Shown one piece after another: positions 50,601 to 56,890 of a stretch of DNA of 64,000 nucleotides. Position 1 is the first letter of the stretch. Every line of letters starts with the position of its first letter. Origin of the DNA: a virus. The stretch is taken from IMG/VR virus record IMGVR_UViG_3300025536_000011, one strand, 5' to 3'. The translations under genes and the position numbers were made by a program. The notes beneath the pieces were generated by a model that saw only the letters and a list, made by a program, of their open reading frames with translations, did no database searches and was not told where the DNA came from.

Positions 50601-52919
50601 AAGATTACCAGAACATAGTGGAGTCTGATTGCCGTCTAAAGCGTCTCTCGATTCCCAAACTATAGCAATACCAGATCCGGGTTGATTTGCATTAATGCCA
50701 GTTAAGAATGCAAATAACCTATCTGAATCATCTCCGTATTCCATTAATAAAGAATTAAATTCCCTACCTGTGCTACCAGCATCAGATATTCTTGGAATAG
50801 ATCCGCTAGGAGTAACATCAAATACCCAAACTAATTCATTAATTTGTGCTGGTTGTCTACGATCTCTTTCAGCATCAATTGGAATCCAACGCATTGAAAG
50901 ATCAGATGATCCTGTTAATCTCTCGGATGTAAATTCTCCACCAATTTCATGATAACCCTTACTTCCTGCCATAACAACATAAGTACCAGATGTAAACCCT
51001 AGTATTGGATCAGTAGTAATATTGAATCTATCTATCTTAAAAAATGGACTTTGTGTGTCACTTGCCTCTATTTGATCCCATTCTAAATCACTAGCTATCC
51101 TCGTTAAATGTGCAGGGATAGCGGTTCCACCCATAGACATAGTATGGTCCGCAATATTGAATCCCTGATTTAATAATCCAGAACCGGGCCAATAACCTCT
51201 TAATCTAGGATCATGCGGAGTATAAAAAAGCGGCGTAATATTAATACCGCTTTGAGCCAAGAAATTGATTTCAGACGCAAGTAATGGTCTACCCATGATA
51301 AGTACATCAGCGAATGCATTACGTGTAGCATTATCATATGTTAATATAGACGTTGGTATATCCTGACAAAATACCAAAGGAAATCCGCTTGTTGCTAGTC
51401 CTTGAATATGATTAATTAATGAGACTGGCAGGGTTCCACTTTGAGCCAAAATGCCATTCACATATAGAGACACGCCAAGGGTTTGATCATCATACAAGAA
51501 CGCTACATGGCTTGTTGTTGCACTCCACGGATCATTAATATTAGAACTTAGAGTTGTAATATTGGAAGAGTCGCCATTATTAAATATTCTAGCCTGAATA
51601 CGATTATTTGGAGCGGTGCCAGTAATATCTAACACGAATCCATTAGAATTAGCAGTATTGGCCGTGGCTCCAAATGAGAAAATTTTACCATCATTTGCAT
51701 TTAGATTGAACCAACCAGCAATAGTAAAACTTCGATTGTGTATTAAGTTTTGTGATAAACCACTACCGGCAGCAAGTCCAACAGTAGTAGACGAGCTAAT
51801 AAAGGGCATAACATGTCCAAATGGACCGGGAGCGATTGTAACATATTCATCAACTCCATTAGTAGAACCTAAATCACGCTCTGCTATAAGATTAAAGTGT
51901 CCGCTACCAACATCAATATAACTTGGACTTATATTAGGATAATATGCAATAAGTTTTCGATCACCAAGAAGGATTTCTTTGCCTTCGGCGATACCAATAC
52001 CATCTAATGGTTGTAAACCGCCGGCCAAATGAATATCAAGGATTTCTCCTTCGTGCAAAACACGGTCATAAGCATAAACGCCAGAAACTAAATGACCCCA
52101 TCCAGTAGCATGATCATAAATATCAGTTAAAGTTGTAGTAGTTTGACTAGCACCTATAGCTAAAACACGATCAGCATAAGTTGCATTAGCTCTAGTTAAA
52201 GAGGTGGATGTAGTACCGCTGGCAGCCACACGACCATTTTTATATAAAACAGCCTGATTACTAGTACCATCAATAAATCTGTAAGTAAAAGTTAAATGGA
52301 TATAATTACCAGACTCGATAGGAGTTGTTAAATGTAAAGCATTTTGTAAAATATGTGCGTATGCAGTTAATGGAAATCTATTAGGATCTGCACTAAATTG
52401 GGCACCTTCATTTAATTTGCCAGAAACTCCGAGTATAAATCCAGCATTAGCAGCACTTTTTGCTATTAATGCGTGATGCTCTGCTAGTAATTCATTAGTA
52501 TTTTGAACGCCAGCAATGTCTGCCGATCCATTTGTTTGTGGATTAACCCAAAAACCTACAGTAAATCCACTTTGGGCTACTGCTGGTGGAGCTAATGCCA
52601 TACGAGCAGAAAAACCACCATGTCCTAAGATTAATGCTTTTTCATTTGGACTACTATCTTCAAGACTAAGATTAGATGTACCCTGTACTTTATATCCAGT
52701 ATATGTTGTGCCAGACGATATATTAAATTCAGAAAAAGTACCAGGCCATGAAGCCTGTGCAGATAAATCCGTATCATCCCCAGTTATATGTACATGTAAA
52801 TCAAAACTGATACCAGATGGTTTGCCAGCATATGACGGAGCATAATTATGGAATACTGGAGATCCACTTGGTTCATTAAGTGGAGCTAAAAGAATTAAAC
52901 TTCCATCATTTATGACCAT
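44601..52919 (-). CDS. Giant tail-fibre/adhesin-like protein, about 8 LamG (ConA-like) domains plus 2 C-terminal PKD-like domains
   Basis: Repeated LIxxW/Y starts, FTVxxW, WxHIAxT, LYxNG/DG and PLxxxEI ends. PKD patterns WVFGD..HTFANSGYF and NYGD..HTYTEPGLY. Confidence 0.8.
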   Translation of the reverse strand: MVINDGSLILLAPLNEPSGSPVFHNYAPSYAGKPSGISFDLHVHITGDDTDLSAQASWPGTFSEFNISSGTTYTGYKVQGTSNLSLEDSSPNEKALILGHGGFSARMALAPPAVAQSGFTVGFWVNPQTNGSADIAGVQNTNELLAEHHALIAKSAANAGFILGVSGKLNEGAQFSADPNRFPLTAYAHILQNALHLTTPIESGNYIHLTFTYRFIDGTSNQAVLYKNGRVAASGTTSTSLTRANATYADRVLAIGASQTTTTLTDIYDHATGWGHLVSGVYAYDRVLHEGEILDIHLAGGLQPLDGIGIAEGKEILLGDRKLIAYYPNISPSYIDVGSGHFNLIAERDLGSTNGVDEYVTIAPGPFGHVMPFISSSTTVGLAAGSGLSQNLIHNRSFTIAGWFNLNANDGKIFSFGATANTANSNGFVLDITGTAPNNRIQARIFNNGDSSNITTLSSNINDPWSATTSHVAFLYDDQTLGVSLYVNGILAQSGTLPVSLINHIQGLATSGFPLVFCQDIPTSILTYDNATRNAFADVLIMGRPLLASEINFLAQSGINITPLFYTPHDPRLRGYWPGSGLLNQGFNIADHTMSMGGTAIPAHLTRIASDLEWDQIEASDTQSPFFKIDRFNITTDPILGFTSGTYVVMAGSKGYHEIGGEFTSERLTGSSDLSMRWIPIDAERDRRQPAQINELVWVFDVTPSGSIPRISDAGSTGREFNSLLMEYGDDSDRLFAFLTGINANQPGSGIAIVWESRDALDGNQTPLCSGNLVYGLPNRVLLRARSLFPNTLTTAATQPIEFSIYVSGQRIQTRTITNALGRYYSDVDHQPWILQFGGRAASDTFSTHKTLFGGLGQISLRNVAVLIGSFSNDDILHLAASGITNNVNLPGYINAPAQRRTDILREGLIANWRFSGDASGTLDVTGQGNNLRHLAREVAEKNLFASQSNAAHNLRYTPGPLKDSPLRFRASGISYAAKSFVVGDAITPFAASGAAFNTPNEGFTVGFWFAQRAAVAATDAQFIMGYGNVPDAINDTAFNDSSWAIIIDDSNSIKMLLSRNGSMPYDNTSTTANVIRCGLIRTATDSNPNDVVELFKNGAFDGGHIDSWQHLAWSYNKNNNTIKAYLNGIPIDSKGVDPSGFHVPQQVETRILSFLVPQTGVWGWGVNRASFDSYLADVVYFNKPLNDSEILYLSMNGLGAASGTTSGIIGGYLQGSDYGSGIIGGYINALGQSSGIIGGQVSGISGAIANIGGYIIGEQRFASGVFGGFVSGIGDRPVNMHTSFHLDADEWKGYEVINYYTFKADESAHGGVILESIRDRATCNNLVPFKRPYGSQLFVAGARGALGSGLVFNGINDAWWREKTILFGYSGVQRGWDASTAQQTLSNLAIAEATFGIWVKPDEITNTRGIVAIGSGLTATSWRPALNLYQEGDTVVARVNNDDVELRARNVLSVDKWTHIAVTFDNNLSKTPNHLILYIDGIPTMLKAKVGAGNIFANQTTPMFILGTSLSGLPGSFPDPHPTLPYFKGAIAETFFIYGILGSGTPQAIQSGLLNITRNAGFYDAITSSGVALTIKDAGLIGLWRLDDVEEDLLTFRDNSFGNHDMIFVGDGELPEIIAPGAQKDGTFGSGAFFKHNNAPGTAIITSTLRNTDVAAWDAIQTNGRFTVACWVMPTLTSLRNSTNPTNSMIFGRGVDGLVSINNEWFFGMTPSTDNNREDNIRMLLSDSVTDRSVDLGFYPGFWSDLAFGGTRENRMNTPQHIAMVADSNIAYYYFNGHLLGYRPIVPPIDGASSDDIFLFLGGIVDEAALPFVDTTGFSGIIKDAAIFNRPLTSLEIKALVRDGIAPRTAETASGVIGGYITGVDDPNVTRVLSSEFIRDNLITYHKFLDFSDNAGYKDEVGALRISNLFAHPSSGLPTASFSLPVSINTNPVSITPNTSLGIVYSPRAMITNSKTDYLGSEAGTAAGYWESTPGHREFSLCFWYRPRGNAFDGNERGIIGLGEGSSATRFGVFHTQDDVTVFYGGGTGKTESFSNVLQLNSWQFIAITRTGSGIASSELPIDYALNPAQTMFDYQYTTFYTHGIPQGSGSFVSGVNAVFAASRLSDAFIIGNAFENNTGSSGVQDIADFAEISFWRKPLSAAEIRGIMLSGINISLPRLNETDEDLLFLYRMEEDTQADRINSARSLLATTTNLDLSVSGVGVSLSPHPNPPRLIGVASGIGNTFEQNTINLRNHGFNHKPWNRFASDPLGLGGLSGSFVYISDNDQDGIFDDKRSNFSFGGWFKILDTSQLNTSILGRGANFQGPIHFRARGSAADVILEVQGESQNNYPLSPPTEDVDGSAPSVETCESHLTYVFDNSLQESRLYRDGILINAIKHQGGDTQAILADGANGDFVIGHFPRMSSTNFSGILTDVFFMNKVLSPEEIRGIVVYGWGENPLCSGIIGGYVSGIEPGGVGMIGGYTHGLGINSGVVGGYIEGVIPISGIIGGYLRGMSNGSSYIGGYVSGILGEASGIIGGYILVSQLGSGIVGAWLNAGLSGVVNFDATFKVGAFNVANFDSNVTIEKTSAANFDSQIVIFQEELPPSVEIIIPTMTVSGLAPTFGQYFIARASGLQGKGISHARWVFGDLTPPELSSESGTALFPAFHTFANSGYFTVVVEVTDTAGIRNADTIVVDCASGISPVEMTLSGVPRGGVAPLQVQFAQRIESIPSNVTITANLLNYGDSTATSTLNSLHTYTEPGLYYPIWIVRDSRGVIWSDSLEDGIDLR
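45300..45595 (-). repeat. About 7 tandem 14-15 aa repeats (SG-I/V-I/V-GGY) within the giant protein
   Basis: CSGIIGGYVSG, VGMIGGY, NSGVVGGY, ISGIIGGY, SSYIGGY, ASGIIGGY and GSGIVGAW. Boundaries are approximate. Confidence 0.85.
49092..49305 (-). repeat. About 5 tandem 14-15 aa repeats (SGIIGGY) within the giant protein
   Basis: TSGIIGGY, GSGIIGGY, SSGIIGGQ, IANIGGY and ASGVFGGF. Boundaries are approximate. Confidence 0.85.
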
Positions 52920-53275
52920 AAATTAATCTCTTTATAATCACCAAACCATGGGTCTACTCTATATCTACGCATAATATTGCCACCGCCGTCAATGATATCT
53001 ATATTAATAAAAAGCAGATTAATATTCGTAGGCTGATGATCCAATATAAGCAATTTAGGCTGAGATGTTTCCATATTAATATCATAATATTCTACAATAA
53101 ACTTTTCTTTGTCGTCTATAATGACTTTTTGCATACTTAAGTCACTTAAAGCGGTGCCGCCAATACGAAAAAATTCATCTGATAGTTTATTGCAAGTAAT
53201 CACATGATGAGTATTTAAATGTGTTGTTAAATATAGGGTACCAACATCCCCCTCATATTCAAATTTATAATCCAT
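52910..53275 (-). CDS. Hypothetical protein
   Basis: Coupled ORF between the GT4 gene and the giant LamG gene. Confidence 0.55.
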   Translation of the reverse strand: MDYKFEYEGDVGTLYLTTHLNTHHVITCNKLSDEFFRIGGTALSDLSMQKVIIDDKEKFIVEYYDINMETSQPKLLILDHQPTNINLLFINIDIIDGGGNIMRRYRVDPWFGDYKEINLWS

Positions 53276-54326
53276 TAATAAATCCTATAATATTATCAGT
53301 ATTTTTTAAATGACAGAATTCAGACAAATCAGGAACTATATCTATTCTCTTATTTTCATTTAATGCTTTACGCATCTGCGTCCTGACGCTTTCAATATCG
53401 CAGTCATACCATGTACCGCCAGTCGTGACTTTAACTAGATCAAAAGGACCATGAGATCCATCACATATATAACGACCACCAACTTCTTCTGAATAAATTC
53501 TATAGCCAAAATTACTTAGGTAAGTTGAGAATTTATGTAACCCGCTGTGATTAGGAGCAATAATTATCTTTTGAGAGGCAAGAGCCTCTAGAATAGAAAA
53601 ACCATTACAATCGTAACGGGAACATGACACTATAGCATCACTAATATCATATAAATCTCTAATATCGGCAATTGGTGATTTTACGATTTGAATTCTGGGT
53701 GGCTGAGTCTTATTATTTATTCGAATAATCTCATCAATCCAATGTTTTAAATTTAGAGACGGTTCATTATTATTTGTAACGCTGGTTCTTAAAATTAATA
53801 AAACAGGATCATCATAATTAAATTCTTGAATATAAGCATCTAATAAAATATCAAGACCTTCCATAGTATCCAATGATCCAATAGATAAAAATGTATAGTC
53901 AGATGATTTTTGTAACTTATTTTTACTCTTATTGTAATTATTGAAATATTTAACGTTTAGAGGAGTGTTGCAAATTAATATTTTCTTCTTAAGACCAGCA
54001 CGATCAAAATTATGAAAATTCTGCTCGTTATTAGTAATGATCGCATCTATCTGGTGTAGATGTTCTATGCAGACCCTTTTAGGGATATAATCTGAATAAT
54101 AATTAACATACGCAATATTGAGTCCATCCTTGGATACTGGTTTGCCCGCAAAACAAATTGGAGCAATATTTAAAGAATGTCCAGAGACACTCTGCGGGAT
54201 AGGATCAAACGCTCTCTGATTTGAATAGCGGAAACGTGGACAGGTAATATTATTCTCGTAAATACCTTTGTGGTATAACCTGCCAAGTGAGGCGTAGCCC
54301 CTGTCATTATAATAAGATATAAACAC
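53265..54326 (-). CDS. Glycosyltransferase family 4, related to 19228..20472, inside the tail module
   Basis: RGYA, YTFLSIG, EGLDILLDAY..F..DDPVLLILRT and SRYDCNGFSILEALA. GTG start with a GGGAG SD. Confidence 0.8.
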   Translation of the reverse strand: MFISYYNDRGYASLGRLYHKGIYENNITCPRFRYSNQRAFDPIPQSVSGHSLNIAPICFAGKPVSKDGLNIAYVNYYSDYIPKRVCIEHLHQIDAIITNNEQNFHNFDRAGLKKKILICNTPLNVKYFNNYNKSKNKLQKSSDYTFLSIGSLDTMEGLDILLDAYIQEFNYDDPVLLILRTSVTNNNEPSLNLKHWIDEIIRINNKTQPPRIQIVKSPIADIRDLYDISDAIVSCSRYDCNGFSILEALASQKIIIAPNHSGLHKFSTYLSNFGYRIYSEEVGGRYICDGSHGPFDLVKVTTGGTWYDCDIESVRTQMRKALNENKRIDIVPDLSEFCHLKNTDNIIGFINGL

Positions 54327-54366
54327 CCTAACTCCCTAAGCTAGTCCTAATGGCCACGCTTAATAT

Positions 54367-54394
54367 TGGGGCTCGTGCCTAAACACGAGCCCCA
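54367..54394. terminator. 11-bp GC-rich hairpin after the 61-aa gene (terminator or RNA stabiliser)
   Basis: TGGGGCTCGTG-cctaaa-CACGAGCCCCA. There is no U-tract on the minus strand. Confidence 0.5.
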
Positions 54395-54402
54395 TTTAAC
54401 AG

Positions 54403-54588
54403 TTATGACAGATTAGTAAATGGATTGGTTGTGGTAACGCCAACGCCCAAGTTATTGTCTGCGGCTATTTCATCATGAAGATTGAAAGATCCGGCAGGAC
54501 GGTCAGTTAAAAATACGATCTTAGTAGAGTATGACCACTCAACTTGGTTGACATTATTTGTGCTACCTACGAAGTTAATTGTTGCCAT
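54403..54588 (-). CDS. Small 61-aa protein
   Basis: Strong SD AAGGAGA and a downstream hairpin. Confidence 0.7.
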   Translation of the reverse strand: MATINFVGSTNNVNQVEWSYSTKIVFLTDRPAGSFNLHDEIAADNNLGVGVTTTNPFTNLS

Positions 54589-54617
54589 AATTATCTCCTT
54601 TCTAGAAAAGATAAGCT

Positions 54618-54756
54618 GTTAAAATTAAGTACACTAATGGTTAAAATTAACGATTATGGAAAAATCTGTGGTATTAGGGAAAACCCTTAGTTAATTAACT
54701 ATAAATGCCGCTTGGACTTGAAAAATAGATTAAAAATGTTACAAACTTGTTACAAA
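54618..54756. repeat. Phased direct repeats in AT-rich DNA (candidate protein-binding sites or iterons)
   Basis: GTTAAAATTAA at 54618 and 54640 (22-bp period). TGTTACAAA at 54737 and 54748 (11-bp period). Confidence 0.55.
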
Positions 54757-54799
54757 TGAACCACTTAAATTTGGTGTAGTATATACCTACTGTTCTTTA

Positions 54800-55060
54800 G
54801 GGTACGAAGTACCCCGGCGGGAGCCGATATTCAGTTCGGCTGGAAATTGGTTGCGTTGCTTTAAATACGTAAACTACCAATGTGTAGCAACGAATTGTAA
54901 GCCGAACCTTCACCAATAGCTGGACGTTCCGAAGGAACGACCCTGAAAAATCTAATATATACAGTAATACGGTCGTTTGCGGACGCTCACAGGCGGACGC
55001 TTACCTTTAGATAACTAATTACGAAGGAGTGAAGGTCGGTACGACCACAACGACTGAGTA
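54800..55060. other. Highly structured non-coding element (candidate origin, ssDNA structure or ncRNA)
   Basis: Several perfect hairpins, two with C(GAA)G loops, plus long-range pairing 54902-54913/55029-55039. No ORF of 60 aa or more. Confidence 0.55.
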
Positions 55061-55061
55061 A

Positions 55062-55679
55062 TTACAGCCGATAATGATCATCCCAGAAATCCGCAAGTAA
55101 CTTTATTTGTAGCTGGCCGGACCCACAGGCTCCAAATTGACCGAAGGCTCCTCCATACGGAATGACAAGATTCATATAAATATACTGAGAAACATTTGCA
55201 TCATCATTGGCAATTAACGCATTGTCTCCGTCTTGTCTTTTAATATTTGGTAATAACCCTGGTATCGCACTTAATCTAGTGCCTTGTCCAGACGGCAATA
55301 CACAATTTGGCTGCCAGGTGCCACTTGGAGCGATCTGAATAAAAGCCGAGTCTAGTCCTTGATCTATCGGATAGTTTAATGCCGAAGAATTGCCCAGAAA
55401 TAACCTTAAATTAGAAATCGCGACACCACTTGTTGCAGTTCTGACAACTACTGCGGTTACTTTAGACTCCAAATGAGAAGTGGGCGAAGCCGCATTAAAA
55501 TTAAGGTTCTCAAAAACTAATGTGCCGCTGGAAGTATTGCCGGTTGATTTTTTACACCCTGTTGATAATCTTTGTTTAAAAGCAAACGAGCCACCCGGAA
55601 TATGCCTAGTGCCAGCAGGATTGGCTATTTCGCTGGTATTAAACTCGAAAAACTCAATAATCGGTAGTGTTAGTGCCAT
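55062..55679 (-). CDS. Putative tail structural protein, paralog of 56316..56879
   Basis: Shares NP.G.RH..SF.F, NLR.FL and SQYIY motifs with 56316..56879. Confidence 0.6.
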   Translation of the reverse strand: MALTLPIIEFFEFNTSEIANPAGTRHIPGGSFAFKQRLSTGCKKSTGNTSSGTLVFENLNFNAASPTSHLESKVTAVVVRTATSGVAISNLRLFLGNSSALNYPIDQGLDSAFIQIAPSGTWQPNCVLPSGQGTRLSAIPGLLPNIKRQDGDNALIANDDANVSQYIYMNLVIPYGGAFGQFGACGSGQLQIKLLADFWDDHYRL

Positions 55680-55681
55680 AT

Positions 55682-56329
55682 TTATCCCACAAATAATGCC
55701 GTAGAATGCGGCTGGTTAAACAAATTATCTTTGAACGGCTCATAGTCCCAATAATTTAATAGATCCCACCACGAGCCTAGAAGAAGGTCTTTATGAGTCC
55801 CTGGATCAGGCATTATATATTCTTTTATATGACTGCACACTTTCTCCGAATTAAAATGCTCTCCATTAAAATATAATACGCATTTATTTTTCAAGCGTCT
55901 TAATACTGGGAATTTTTTAATAGGCTGCATAATTATAATAAAATCATAGTCTTCGACTAGCGTAATCTCCGTCAATTGTTTCAAGTGATTTTTATAGCCA
56001 AAATAATCTGCTCTTTGGTTCGCCGCTATTCTTGGGCCGGGGTGCTTCTCATAACTCGCAATATTAAAAGATCCGTCTGAAGCTGAAGCAACCAATGACT
56101 CTGTATATCCATTACCGCCTCCAATAATTAGAATATTCTCAGGCTGTACTTCTTTAATTAAAAGATATAGATGTACAGAATCCCATAAATTTAACTCGCC
56201 AGAATAATTAATCCCAAATCGAAAACGCTCTTTATTTTGATATGTGTCTTTAAAGATAGTAAAATCATGCTGGAATCTCTCGTGTAGAGAAACAAACCAG
56301 GCACGAGGTTTTATGTTATGAAAAATCAT
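55682..56329 (-). CDS. Divergent class I SAM methyltransferase-like protein
   Basis: LYLLIKEVQPENILIIGGGNGYT, IASYE and YDFIII. The usual acidic residue of motif I is missing. Start set at MIFHN. Confidence 0.55.
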   Translation of the reverse strand: MIFHNIKPRAWFVSLHERFQHDFTIFKDTYQNKERFRFGINYSGELNLWDSVHLYLLIKEVQPENILIIGGGNGYTESLVASASDGSFNIASYEKHPGPRIAANQRADYFGYKNHLKQLTEITLVEDYDFIIIMQPIKKFPVLRRLKNKCVLYFNGEHFNSEKVCSHIKEYIMPDPGTHKDLLLGSWWDLLNYWDYEPFKDNLFNQPHSTALFVG

Positions 56330-56879
56330 AAACAACGGTTTGGCGAAATGAATTGCCAGCCGCTCCTCCTCGTTGTCCGACAGGGACATCGTTATCGGCA
56401 TATACCGCGAGATAAATATATTGAGAGGAATCTACGTCTAATACTCCGCTTAGTACGTTATTACCGAACTGAAATTCTGGGAATTGTCGAGTCGATTTAA
56501 GATTTTGAGCAGTAGGCAACGAAGTTGGCGTATCTGGTGTATCTCCAAGCGTAAGTTGAAAATTAGGTATAAAGTCAAAACTCTTCTTTTCTAAGAATCT
56601 ATAAGTACCCTCTCCCCACGCCGAGATATTTCTGAGGAAGAATCTGAGATTAAATATGCCAGATGCGTCTCCGTAAGATGCAACTCTCCCATATATACAT
56701 CTGGTAGGACTAATAGCACCAGACACAGTAGTATTAATTGATCCAAAATCAAGACTACCACCAGCGGCCGTATTTAATAACTTTATAAAGCCGAAGCTTG
56801 GATCTGCTTCATGTCTATGTCCAGATGGATTTATAGCAGGGTCTTGTTGAATCCACTGCCAAACGGGGATCGAAACCAT
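56316..56879 (-). CDS. Putative tail structural protein
   Basis: AAGGA SD. Paralog of 55062..55679. Confidence 0.6.
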   Translation of the reverse strand: MVSIPVWQWIQQDPAINPSGHRHEADPSFGFIKLLNTAAGGSLDFGSINTTVSGAISPTRCIYGRVASYGDASGIFNLRFFLRNISAWGEGTYRFLEKKSFDFIPNFQLTLGDTPDTPTSLPTAQNLKSTRQFPEFQFGNNVLSGVLDVDSSQYIYLAVYADNDVPVGQRGGAAGNSFRQTVVYDFS

Positions 56880-56890
56880 AATTTTATCCT

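Noticed and set aside
54800-55060. tRNA, tmRNA, RNase P or hammerhead identity for the structured region
   Set aside because: I found no T-loop with an acceptor stem and CCA end, no GAGGAAAGUCC and no CUGANGA/GAAA core on either strand.
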